DNA of 51,970 nucleotides from Catajapyx aquilonaris (Eukaryota): NCBI GenBank assembly GCA_000934665.2, contig KZ538716.1, positions 1 to 51,970 of the forward strand, read 5' to 3'. Shown piece by piece: positions 1 to 17,674 of this stretch (position 1 is its first letter; each line of letters starts with the position of its first letter). The notes under the pieces were generated by a model. It saw only the letters and a program-made list of their open reading frames with translations, ran no database searches and was not told where the DNA came from. The position numbers and the translations under genes were made by a program.

Positions 1-58
1 CTTCTGCCTGCGCACTCACTCACTCGATTTGTAAACAGTGGCAACAATGGAAGCGCTC

Positions 59-178
59 TCCATGTGCCGATGTTTGAATTGGCCCGCCGGACGGTGTTGC
101 CAGGTAACGCACTACAACATAAGCAGCTTAGGCCGAATTTGTCAATAGCTGTTCGGACAAAAAAGTTGGACCACCCTG
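59..178. mobile_element. Right TIR of a Tc1/mariner-like MITE (same family as 35161-35544)
   Basis: Near-identical to 35424-35546 and ends GGACCACCCTG|TA. Confidence 0.75.
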
Positions 179-610
179 TATATAGTTGTGGCCATCACCA
201 GTCAGGAACATCATCTCTTACACACCTTTACCACAAGTACCCAGCGAGATTCACTTAGCTCTTGTTTGCTGAACACGCCCTAATCGGTATGATAGTGACA
301 AAATATAATAGTACACCTAGCTCTACCTGCATGATAATAATTGAACTCCATATCGGGATGTGTGATGCTGGTCCAGCGAAGTGATCTATCCCTGATAGAA
401 AATATGGAGCGTGGCACTCCAGTAATGGCATTTTATTTATTCATTCATTCATACCATTATTAGTGTGCAGTACATAAATTCTGGTCACCTTCTCCTAGCT
501 TTTATTTATATGTGCTTTAAGGCTGATACGGTATGAAATTAATATCAGTTTATGTTTTAGGTTTGAAATCGATTAGCACATAACTTTATATTTCCATGTA
601 TTTCCATCGC

Positions 611-851
611 TCCAGCATAAAGCTGAGAATGCCAAGCATTATTATTATTATTATTAGCGATGTCTATTACCTGTGCGTAGATCTGAATTCAATAGCACAT
701 GCAGTCTAATTTTCCGCTTTTCCAGCATATAGCTGGGAATGTCAAGCAATATTATTATTTGCGATGACTATTACATGTACGTAGATCTAAATACAATAGC
801 ACAGGCAGACTATTTTTCCACTTTTCCAGCATAAAGCTGGAAATGTCAAGC
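611..851. repeat. Degenerate tandem repeat, about 105-110 bp unit, about 2.3 copies
   Basis: TCCAGCATAnAGCTGrrAATGyCAAGC recurs at 611, 721 and 825. Confidence 0.7.
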
Positions 852-2002
852 TTTACTCTTCTTATTAACCACCATTAATGCTTAAAACAGCTGAATTCAA
901 TAGGAGGAATATTCATTATAGAAATGAGTGAGATCCTAAACCGCCTACCATTATCGAGACTTATTTTGTCACCATTACGACGTAGGGCATCAAGTTCAGA
1001 CAAGCAAGCTCACCTTATGCATTTTCAGAAGGTGAATACCAAAAACACATGTACAGTAGGCCTACATCTCTGTACCTGCACGTACCTGAGTGCTGATCTG
1101 CAAATGAACATGATTAAACACAGGAAATACAATACACACTTGATATCGACCTGAAAACATCCAGGTCACGCGCCTATCTCAATGCATGTTCTCTCTTACT
1201 CAATTTGAAAGCAATCGCATGCTTTCTGCCACGGAAAATAAATTCTATAAAAATTCAGTAAGAATGACATCGTCACCTTTCATGCAATATTATTGCGTGT
1301 GCCTTTACTGCAACGCGGTGCAAAAATTCAATTTACTGCACATGTGTACGTCTAGGCCTAAAGAGTGTAGATAACTGGTGCAGTAATATTTCATGTCATT
1401 CAAAACATCAGCCTTCTTATAAAACTCTGGCTCATTCTGATTGGCTCAGCATCTACTCGTAAAGTCTGAGCGATGTTTTTTTTAAAAATAAATATCTTAC
1501 AATATAGTTCGGGAGTCTCGTATCGCAATTACTAGCATCACTTGTGCTGGTATCGCAGTGTCGTCCGCGACCTGATCTGCAGCTCACATGAGCATTTCCT
1601 TCCACGGTCGCATTTTCATCGTCGCCGGTAGAATAAGCTCAAGTGGTCCACAAAAGATTCGGGTTGAAAAGGACATCCTGGGCAACAGTGTTCGGGGTCA
1701 TCGTACAGCACCTTTGAATCCACCCTCGCACCCTGCCTTATATCCGGATGCCTTTTTCGAACCCTTCCTCTCACCTTCTGACCTTCGAAGCATCGATAAC
1801 CATGGGACACGATGAGCACTCAGGACATACAACGAGACACGTCGGGTGTACGCACCCTGAGACATTATATGCCAAGTGAAGGCTATAATGAGACATGTGG
1901 GATGTGGCACCCAGCGAGACATTGTATTCCGTCGCAACTTCATCGCGTGACCGCATGATTAGAGTTTAATGACGTCTTCTGTCCATCGGTGGTCGTGCGG
2001 TA

Positions 2003-2115
2003 CAGGGTGCGCCTACTCGGGACCCGGTCGAATGTCATCCCAATGAGAAGCCAAGAGCACTAGTTTTGTCAACCCATAAAAGACAGACTCGCACGGGCCC
2101 TTTGGAAACACCCTG
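2003..2115. mobile_element. Tiny Tc1/mariner-like MITE remnant
   Basis: TA|CAGGGTG ... CACCCTG|TA. Confidence 0.45.
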
Positions 2116-4348
2116 TACTCTGGTGCCCATGAGGTCAGGTGTGGCAGCAGAAGCAGTCTGCCTCCAGCAGAGATGTGGACCGGACACTGACTCTACAGCT
2201 ACAGGGGCCAACTAAGCCCCGGGGCAAACCGGCCCCACAAAAGAAAACACTGGACTCGACCGACACCCCCTTGTGTCTGCAAACATTACCCGATGCCGTG
2301 TAGGATGAAAAGGAAATAAGCAACACAACAAACTTGTTTCAACAGGACTGCATAAAGCACTGAGTAAAAATCAAGTGATTATTAACATCCATGTTTACCA
2401 CGGAAGAAAAAAGCTTTATCAGTGCAGAATCATCCCAAAATGAACGTTGTAATCGGTTGTAATGGAGCAGATGAAAGAGGCAACTTGAAGCACGCATGCA
2501 TCTGTACACTGCCACCTGTAAATGAGGAGTACAAAGTATGCGTTTGCCACGACTAGCAGGCCACTAGCTCAAAATTCTGAACATCTTTACTGAATAATAC
2601 ATGTACCTTAATCACGGATCTAGTTAGACAAATGTGCCATGTGCTTGTTATTTTAACCAGCAAGTGCGTCACCATCTCACCAGCCACTGATTATGACAGT
2701 GTGTGGCCAGGTGCCTGATCAACAATGTCGCATAAGCTGCTTATGTCATCTAAGTTGTTATCAGCAACCCCAGCATCACACCCATTCTTATGATAATGCC
2801 AGTTAATTCGTGCTATAAATAACATGATATAAATAACATGCATAAATAACATGCAACTGCGCCCAGGGGGGTGTGGAAGCTGCAGGTGGTTTGGAGTGAA
2901 GGTAAAGAATGAGGAGACGGGAAAGACAAGTAACAATACATATAACAATGATCATGACACGACGCCCAGCCTCTTCCATGCTCTTCAGTTCCGAAACCTG
3001 ACATATCTGAAAATAATCATACTGGATGATGTTAATGGTGGCGCCATACCAAATTGGCAATATCAGAAGACATGAACGATCAGCTGGAGTAACAAAAAAA
3101 AAGTGCAATAGTAATCGGCACCTCTGGAGTTCTGTGACAGCAATGACCACAACATACCAGTATGGCTCGCATTATGACAATGCAGGCATAAAAGTGAAAT
3201 GTGAAATTAATTATCAGTTGATAAACATTAAGGATTGACCCCTTACCACCGATCTTGTCAGATAAAAGTGTACAAAAAAAAACTAGTGGCACAGCGTCAA
3301 GCAAATTACCTCATTTCACCACATCCCATCCCATCCCACATGTCCTCGCTTCTCTCACTCTCTTTTTCTCTCTAGCTCTTTGGCTCTAATAATCACATAG
3401 TCATCATCATCGTCATCAGTCATCACACAAAAAACACAATGTCGCACCAAGCATCCTCATGCGCCTTATACAGGCACGAGTATTAAAACCTCTCCTCGTT
3501 CTATACTCATCATCTGACTTCTATTTTTTTTCTTGTTTCAATTATTCCATTTTTAAGCAGTCAAGTCGATCGAGGCTTACATGCTATCAGGGGGGTCAAA
3601 GGTTGTATATACTCCTTAGGTACTCCTTAGGTACTCCTTGAATTTGGTACTCCGGTAACTGGTTCCTTTCATCCTGACGCGTGGCTGCCCGCTCGACGCG
3701 AGGGACAATTCTTTTTGGACTGTTGATACATTTTTCTATTCTTCCTCCCTGCCAGTTGCCCAGATGTTGCCCAGCGAAGCTGGGCAACTGGCAGGGGCCC
3801 GGCAACTCCACCTGCCGGTTGCGCCCCGCTTAAAATGAATAGATCGGAATCGCTACGATCCCAATGCAATTTTCCCGACTTCATAACTCGCGATCGGGTT
3901 AATCGATTTCAAATCGGAAACAAGATTTACACTCCGCTCACTGCAGTTTCAAACTTTAGATAGATAAACAACAACTAGGGCCATTACCGGGGTCATTAGC
4001 CGGGGTCAAAGTTCAAAAAAGTGTCGTTAGTCGCACCAGGGTACAGCCTAAACGGTGCGTCGTAGAGGGTCATACAATCTGTTATTCGAACCGCAATGTT
4101 CCCAGGGGGTGCCCTCCTGCTTACCTTTTTTTGAGAAAAACCTTTACTTTTTGAGCTACAAGGCGATTTCGAAAGTGTCCGTTTTGTGGCTTTCGCTCCC
4201 TTTCTGTACCGAGACCGGATATACTTGGNGGGGGTCCCAGTCTGGAGCCCACTTCCCCCCACAGGAGGTTGAAGGGGGGAAACATTTTGGGACGAAAGGG
4301 GGGGCATCAACATGTTTTCACTTTATTCTGATGATGAAAAGAATTAAA

Positions 4349-4694
4349 TAAAAATAGGCAGTAAAACTGCAGAAAACTATTCTTCCTCTGGGTGAGATTA
4401 AAAGTAAGAAACAAGTCCACAGGTGGGGGTTGGTTCGTGTCATAGGGATGTGTGATAATTTAATTCAAAACATTCGTGCGTGGGGGCTGGGAAGAATTAG
4501 GCAGAGTAGGAGAGTCGGAGAAGTACATAAAAGCGACATCTGCCTAATTCTTCCCAGCCCCAAAGCACGAATGTTTTGAATTAAATTTGATTATCACACA
4601 TCCCTATGACACGAACCAACCCCCACCTATGGACTTGTTTCTTACTTTTATTCTCACCCAGAGGAAGAATCTGCAGTTTTACTGCCTATTTTTA
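4349..4694. repeat. Long inverted repeat, about 156-bp arms and 33-bp spacer
   Basis: 4349-4505 is the reverse complement of 4539-4694 with few mismatches or indels. Confidence 0.9.
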
Positions 4695-4715
4695 CAGTCG
4701 AGTGAGTACCCCCTC

Positions 4716-5655
4716 GCAGGAGAGTTAGTTCTGGGTTGAAAGTGATAGGTGCCACAAGTAAGTTTTCTAGAAATAAGGACTTATATCTTCTGCCTGTAGG
4801 TTGTCTGTCTATTCTCACGTTATTGTTCCTTCACTTATGTATGGTAGTGAAGCGTGGGTTTGGTCAGATAGGCATAAGAGTAGGGTGTTGGCTACAGAGA
4901 TGCGCTATCTCCGGGCTGTTTGTGGGGTTACCAAGTTGGATAGGATTAGGAATGAGGAGATTTTTCAGAGGTGTAATGTTAAGGAGACTGTTAAAGATAA
5001 GGTGTGTAGGTCTACTCCACAGAGCCTTGAGTCAAGCTCCGTGGTCTACTCTAAGGTGGTTTGGCCATGTGGAGAGGATGAAGGAGGAGGAGATTGTGAA
5101 GAAGGTTTATTTGGATGGAGTAGTTGGTAAGAGGGCAAGGGTAGGCCTAGGAAGACATGGTTGGACCAGGTGGGTCAGTGTCTTAAGGGTGTTGCTAGTG
5201 TTAAGCCGAGACGTTCATGTGTCAATAGGACCATGGACGTGGCTGAGGCTAGGGTTGTTTGTTTGGATAGGTGTAAATGGCGTAGGTTAATTAATGGGTA
5301 AATAGGTAAATAGGTCTGATGATAAGGCTTCCTTCGCTCCGGCGAGTAGAGGAGACGTCCCTGGCGGGGTCGATGAGTTGCAAGGGTGGTGCCATACACG
5401 TCGGCGTGGCCAAGGCGTCCGGAGTAGTGGCTGGTGGCGAGGGGGCTTGATTTGGCTAAGTACCGTATTGCATAGTGTAATATTTAAATTTAATATTCAG
5501 TGTCTGTCGTCTGAGATGGGCAGGGGTGGGGGGTGGGACGGGTGGTTTATAGGTTTATTTTCACAAGTTTTAAGTTACTTCATATGTTGGGTTAGCTTGT
5601 GTCTCCCTTCATCGCTGACTATCCCTCCTAGGGAAATGTCGTGATGTTGTTGTTG
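4716..5655 (+). mobile_element. 5'-truncated RTE-clade LINE (RT C-terminal region plus 3' UTR), frameshifted
   Basis: VIVPSLMYGSEAW..., EMRYLRAVCGVTKLDRIRNEEI, LRWFGHVERM, GRPRKTWLDQV spread across frames. Ends in a (GTT)n tail. Confidence 0.88.
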
Positions 5656-6012
5656 TAGGCTGTAATTTCGGATAGACTAGAAGGGTGTGTAGGGAATGCC
5701 TAGAGAAGCAATTTGAGATAAGGACACTCATGGTCGTAAACACATCCCAACGGTACCGGGCCTTCAAAATCCCATTGTTGTAACAATTGTTCAATTATTA
5801 TTGAACGAAATTATTGTTTATAACAACTACTAAACAATGAGAACAATGGAAAACAACAATATTGTGGTATTACAATAAGGGTATGATAATTGGCCCTTGA
5901 GGCCCTGTAGCACTGTTGGGGTGGATTTCCGACCGTGGGTGTCCTATCCCAAATTGCTTCTCTAGGCATCCCCCTACATACTCTAGAAGTCTGTCCCGAA
6001 TAACAGCCTACA
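5654..6012. mobile_element. MITE/foldback with about 100-bp imperfect TIRs
   Basis: TGTAGGCTGT...GATGCC/GAATGCCTAGAGAAGCAATTTG versus CAAATTGCTTCTCTAGGCATC...ACAGCCTACA. Confidence 0.7.
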
Positions 6013-6352
6013 CCCTGTTAGATAGAGAATGGTAGAATATTCTTGGCAACCGATCATCTTGTTGTCAATGATTTACAAGTACCGTAAAATAGGTTCACTC
6101 ATGGCCGCTTACGTCCATATAATGAAAAAGGGCAACATCGGTTTCGAGGACCTGAGGACCATTACACAGATTCCAATAATTGAGAGAGATCTTTCAGAAT
6201 GTGCTGTATTTGATTTCGAGTAAGTTATATCACATCCCTATTGGGAAATAACACTGGAGTAGCCTTTATTGAGAAAGAGATGCATGAGCATACCATTAAA
6301 TTCGAGGAACATTATTTTTTGATCCAGCAGCCGAGTTTGGCAGAAGAGATGA

Positions 6353-6655
6353 TCAAGCCAAGGCGATTTCAATGACAGGTTCAATGCATATGAGCCCTCC
6401 ACAAAAACTGGAGCAACATTTCTGGTACTTGGGACAATCCCGGTCCTCCAAGCAATCGACTTCACAGGAAGGTCCACCCGCCACAGCTATTCTCAGGGTG
6501 AAGGGGCATCGTCCAGGTTTTGCTAAAGAGACAGAAATAAAGCACAATGGAGAGGTTTGACCACACGTATCACGCACACCACTCTTACCATCACTAACGT
6601 AGAAGGTTACCACCAAGAGAGCTACCATACAAACTGTACCAGTAACTCGCAACAT
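6353..6655 (-). CDS. Secreted single WAP (four-disulfide core) domain peptide, waprin/SWD/crustin-like, 78 aa, 2 exons
   Basis: Exon 1 6655-6589 (MLRVTGTVCMVALLVVTFYVSD, signal-peptide-like, donor G|GTAAG). 66-nt intron. Exon 2 6522-6353 (acceptor TTTAG|) reads AKPGRCPFTLRIAVAGGPSCEVDCLEDRDCPKYQKCCSSFCGGLICIEPV, with the KPG-x-CP start and 8 Cys in WAP spacing (C-x13-C-x3-C-x5-C-x5-CC-x3-C-x4-C). TATAAAAG at 6700-6693 and AATAAA at 6270-6265 on the minus strand. Confidence 0.9.
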   Translation of the reverse strand: MLRVTGTVCMVALLVVTFYVSDGKSGVRDTCGQTSPLCFISVSLAKPGRCPFTLRIAVAGGPSCEVDCLEDRDCPKYQKCCSSFCGGLICIEPVIEIALA

Positions 6656-6692
6656 CGTTCCAGAGCACACTTGATTTCACTATTCCTAAGTG

Positions 6693-6960
6693 CTTTTATA
6701 CAGTCATCAGGGCTGTTAAGAGCCAATGGAACACGATGGGACTTTGCAATCCGCACCATGCTTCTCATCAAATGTCAACAAAGCGATTACGACAGTTGAC
6801 AATAACATTACCAAGCGCATTTTTCTATTGATGCCCCTTGTTAACAATACCCACATACCGACACTCTGCTGAGTCAACTTTTCAGGATGTGAACAGATGA
6901 ACTCCACCCTTTAAAATAAGCAAGGAGATATTGCAAGATCCCGGAAGTTATGAGAGATAA
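6693..6960 (-). promoter_or_regulatory. Promoter of the WAP peptide gene with TATA box and putative immune/stress elements
   Basis: TATAAAAG 6700-6693 (-); CCAAT 6723-6727; kB-like GGGACTTTGC 6738-6747 overlapping C/EBP-like TTGCAAT; AP-1 TGAGTCA 6870-6876; ETS CCGGAAGT 6941-6948; GATA AGATAA 6955-6960. Confidence 0.55.
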
Positions 6961-8408
6961 GGATATTTGCTAGCAGTTACGCAGAAAATGTAGCTGATCG
7001 AATATATTGCTTAGGCAGTGTGTCAGTAGTGGGTGTTTTGAATAGGTAGTGTGTCAGTAGTGCGCTTGTTCTCATCCGCAATTTTTGTTAGTTACTGGCT
7101 ATAGTAAGGGTATTGATCAGGGGGTGGAATAGTCCGTGGGTTTGCTGTTGGTGCGTCTGCGTGCTAGGGAATTGGTCTGGAAGAGGAGGAATGCAGGCCA
7201 GCAGTTGATCCTTTTTGGCACCAGCATCGCAAGTCTTCCTTCCTTCCTTCCTTCCTCGTAGGGCCGACCATGTCCGACGACGAACTGGATCAGTAAGTCA
7301 TATACATTCAATCACTTTTACACTATTCTAAGTCCTTTCCATTGATTACGAGAAACATGGCCGAACTTTTACTGCAGCTGAAGTGTACAGTCCGTACAGA
7401 ACATTTGACAGGATTATGTATATTTGAAGGGATAATGTATAAGACCACCAGTTTAGTTTGGAGCTAAAGAATACAGGGGTCTGATTTATGGTATTGATTG
7501 GGTTTCGATTTTACTGCCATACCGGGGGCGAGGGGTATAAATAAGTGGATTTGTCGGTAAGGAACAGCACCATAGAATTTGTGTGTATAACTGCAACTGA
7601 CGTACTGCTTACATGCATTCATTTAATTTTGTCTAAGTTATCACGTACCAAAAATGAAATCGCAAATGGTGGCTCTAAAAATGCACAGGTAATAATAATT
7701 TCTCCACACTGTGGCTTGATTTGTAGGCTAACATCGCTAACTGCAATGTTTTGAATGTTTAAAAGGACTACTCAAAGAGAGCTGGAATTTTTTGGGGCTA
7801 TTTGCCTGGAGGGGATTGGGTGGTAGGTAAGAAGGAAATGACAATCACGACCCTTCTTTTCATGATGATGGAGGGACCAAGGCCAAGAGGGTCTGAAATC
7901 CGGCTACGTTGAAGTTTCTAGGGTGCAAGAAACTTATTCCCATCTTCTCGTACCTTCTTTATGGTTCTCACTAACAGATTCAATTTCCAAATGAATACTT
8001 GCAATGCGAAAACGATGAAAGTCATCTTGGAAACACGGTTATTTTAATATTCATTGTCCTTTCTTATGAGATTCGGTAACTTGATCATCAAGACACACAT
8101 CAAAGATTACATTACACAATGTCTATTTCAATTGCGATCAAAATGCCGTATCGAAACCCTGGAACCCGAAACCGATAGTACTAGGGTAGGGTAACATGTG
8201 AAGCTTTAATAAATTGCTCTGTACAACGCATTAATAGATCATTAATAGCGTTGACGGGAGAAGTAAACATGACTGATATGTCAGACATAAATAAGTCGGA
8301 ATTATGAGTTGAAAAATTAGTTTTACAAATTTGTATAATTTTGTCATTTTAACGCTCGACTTTGGCTTTGGCTTATTGCTTTCAATAACTGCACAATGGT
8401 CCATAGAG

Positions 8409-8718
8409 ACCGAAGCAGTTTGGCGGAGTGGCTATAGGGTCCGACTGCTAATCGGGAGGTCCTGGGTTCGAGCCCCGAGGCCGGCAACTCTAACCGTGGT
8501 TTTCGGTGGTTTCCCACGGTCCCTCCAGGAGAATTTCGGGTTTGCTTCCTAATTAAAAAGGCCACAGCCGCCTCCTTCCTTCCCTATCCTATCCCAAAAA
8601 GCAAAAAGTAAACATGTAAGCAAGAGTTCCAGACAAAAAAACAAAAATCCCCCCTAAAGAGCCGAAAAAGGCTGATAACGGGGTAAGATTATATATATTA
8701 TCTTGATATTATAGGCCT
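8409..8718 (+). mobile_element. tRNA-derived SINE (family A), full length with 16-bp TSD
   Basis: A-box TGGCGGAGTGG, GACTGCTAATC arm, B-box GGTTCGAGCCC, and a 3' stem-loop CCCCTAAAGAGCC..GGCTGATAACGGGG. TSD ACAATGGTCCATAGAG at 8393-8408 and 8719-8734. Confidence 0.88.
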
Positions 8719-9167
8719 ACAATGGTCCATAGAGCCACTTTTTAAGCGTGAAGTATATTTCATTCTTGCATACCTCTATATACCTCTACCACAACAATGC
8801 ACGGGCAATTCCGGGTTACTTGCTAGTTATACATAATTATATACTCAATAGACTACTGTCGCTATTTTGAAAATAATTACCCAGAAACATTTTATGTACA
8901 GGAATATTGTCCCTATTTGATGTTATATCCATGATAAATAAGTTTCAAGTACCGGTAGACCTACTGTATATATTTAATCGGGCCTGAGCTCTCTATATAT
9001 TTATCCATGTTTGAAAGCCACTTTCTAATTACAATATTATATGACGTGTAGATGACTTTCTGTTTGACACACATGTCTTACTATCCTTCGCAACAAAAAC
9101 CTGTAATTTATAAGAAATATCCCTTCGAAAATAAAGCGTGGTCCGTTGGAGACATAACATGGATATG

Positions 9168-9696
9168 TTAAAATATTATTAATTATTGTTTATTGTTATT
9201 GTTGTTATTATTGTTATTATTGTTTAAAAAATTTGGTTATACCATTTGCAAGAAGGATGATACTCGCTCGGGTTTGGAAAATTCTGGACGTTACATCCTA
9301 CCAACCTATTCGTGTGCGGGAGTTTTACGGGTTTAATTTCCTTAAATTAATGATTATTTATAACTTAAACTTATAACTTTTTATTTCCATTTATTTATTA
9401 TATATTAATTTATTTCCAGTTCAATATTAATTAAAGATTAATTAAATTTTACGGGTTTAACATGGACATAACATGGAGACTACAGGTTTTAAATGAAAAG
9501 GGAGAAATATTGGGAAAAGGCAAAGCAACCCGTAAAACTCCCGCACACGAATAGGTTGGTAGGATGTAACGTCCAGAATTTTCCAAACCCGAGCGAGTAT
9601 TCATTCTTTTTGCAAATGGTATAACCAAATTTTTTAAACAATAATAACAATAATAACAACAACAATAACAATGAACAATAATTAATAATATTTTAA
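9168..9696. repeat. Long inverted repeat, about 167-bp arms
   Basis: 9168-9333 is a near-perfect reverse complement of 9527-9696. Confidence 0.9.
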
Positions 9697-11635
9697 TCTC
9701 AAATAAATCTGATTTCCTTTACAGGGTCATATTTTAGCCCGACAGTAAACGTCTAAAGCGATTTGATACGATAATGGAAGCATTTAATTATTAAATGCAG
9801 TTACTATTTAGACAATCGTTTGTCGTATCGTGGCTGGTATGAAGCAAATTTTAGTTGACACATTATCTGGAAGATAATGCGCAAGTAATCTAGAGAGCAG
9901 GCTCATTTGATAATGAGAACAAAGAACAATAATGGTGATTGGAGGAATAATGCCCTATACAGCACACAACAATACTCTGAACCGCTCCCGCCTTGTTCTG
10001 AATTTACAGCCGTCACGTAACATTTACGCGTGTATAGGGTACACACCACTGCTCAATTTCACTTCCACTCATGTTCGTATTAGTCGGGTTAACTGATAAA
10101 CTCTCCTTTTCGTAATCTCTTTACGTAACACTACCGGTGCATACCAGTTGAAACCGAGTGAGCCCAATGTGGTGCCAATTCGATAAGAAAGTAATTAAAA
10201 TTACTAAATGAGAAACTGCATAGGTCATGATTCTACGCCAATCTCTGCCATTTGACGACACCTGACTTGAATTGCCGGCTTCATCTGACAGGACTAATCT
10301 TCCATCCAAAATGAGATAACGATTATGCAGTGCGGGTCTGATAGGAACCACCACATTTTTGGTATATTATTCAACTCGCAACTCGTGACTAAACAATATC
10401 GAAGCAGTAACACAGGATCGATTTTCCTGGAAATCATTCCGAGAAAGACTCAGGCAAGTGCCTAGAGGAAATTTCCTGCTGGTAAACGAATGGCCATCGC
10501 CCTGAATAAGAGGAATTCTGATGTTGGTATCCGGTACAGTCGCAATCACCTCACCTCAAGACCCGGTCCAGTCCAGGAACTAACTGCAGTCGCTTCCAGT
10601 TACGGCGATCCTTGTACTGTACCGCATATTTTTTGACGGCATGCTGCCAACAATTGGCAGCTGTGTAAGAAGCTATCGCAAACATTGAATAAACATTAGC
10701 ACTATTATAAACAGGTCATTCCTCCTGGAAATCCGCGTATAATTGGCACCTTAAATCCATCAACACGGAATTTCGATCGTTGTCCTATATCGTATGAATG
10801 ATAAATAATGAGCACATTTGCATATCAGTTTTACGGTGTCCAATTTTTTTAAATAGTGTGAGACACGTTTTTGGTTACAGTGTGGACAGTAATATTCAAT
10901 TCCCACATCATGAAGCCGTCAATCAAAATATTGCGTTCTCATAATCACTGCAGGTAATATCAGACGAACGATCTCTACTCAATTATGCTGCTGGGCTGCT
11001 TCTGGAATTTCCAGAACCGGTTTCTGCATCGACCTTCGAGGAGAAAATAGTGGGAGGGAAACAGGTAGTATGGGGATAACGGATTGTGTCGTAAACATTG
11101 GCATGCTATCAAGGGCTTGCATAGAAATATCCCGAGCGTGATAAATTTATTGGCACAATGACTACAGCCCTGTTATGAAACTTGATGCCTCTAAACAAAT
11201 GCGACTTGACATTTGTGACTTAAAACAACCCCTACACGTGCAGCACTTTTTGCGCAAGTGAAACCCCCCCAACTCTGTAATATATCGACTACTGAAGATA
11301 AATGGGGTCGGGGTGTTTCCTCCCATCACCTCCCCATTACTCCACCCTCCACTCCATCGCTAAATGCAAGGTGGACATTAATGCAAGCTCTTATCGGTCG
11401 TAATGCGCAGACCACCAAGCACGATACGACCATAGTTGGCGGAAATGCACAGTATACGATAGCAAATCAATAGCTTTCACGCAATGGTTTTTTTATATAG
11501 CTTTTTTTTTGAACTCGATGTTCTGTTGATATATAGAGTCCACACCTCTCAAATACCCAGCTGTACACCTGTCAGCCTTGACAAGTATCGGGGTGGCGAT
11601 TAGAATATATTTCTTCGGCATGTTATTATCTCTGA

Positions 11636-11705
11636 CCAATGGTAACGCTATGTGGAGAAACCGCCTCACTATTTAAAAGTAGGTTCGCTGGGAGTTTGCA
11701 AGTAG
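11636..11705 (+). promoter_or_regulatory. Putative core promoter of the UPP gene
   Basis: CCAAT 11636-11640 and TATA-like TATTTAAAA 11670-11678, about 80 nt upstream of ATG 11753, which is in good GCCATG context. Confidence 0.45.
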
Positions 11706-11752
11706 TGTCTAACCAAGTGTGAAGTGAAAAGCAGTATAGCAGGGGAAAAGCC

Positions 11753-17674
<5,922 letters not shown>

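Noticed and set aside
2691..3304. Cluster of hydrophobic ORFs on both strands
   Set aside because: No recognisable domain and no consistent splice model.
4736..5290. 184-aa and 109-aa ORFs as host genes
   Set aside because: They are frameshifted pieces of RTE LINE ORF2.
5315..5400. CTGATGA as a hammerhead ribozyme core (also at 4328 and 27102)
   Set aside because: No correctly placed GAAA and stem II/III pairing could be found.
8413..8487. tRNA-Ser(GCT)-like gene
   Set aside because: No proper acceptor stem or long variable arm. It continues into a SINE body with a TSD and has a second copy at 42565.
8799..8826. Helitron-like 3' end (CGGGCAATTCCGGG...CTAG|T)
   Set aside because: The hairpin is degenerate and no matching 5' end or second copy was seen; too weak to call.
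10555..10650. Possible minus-strand first exon (donor GAG|GTGAGG) divergent from UPP
   Set aside because: The ATG-initiated frame stops before the donor and no downstream partner exon was identified.
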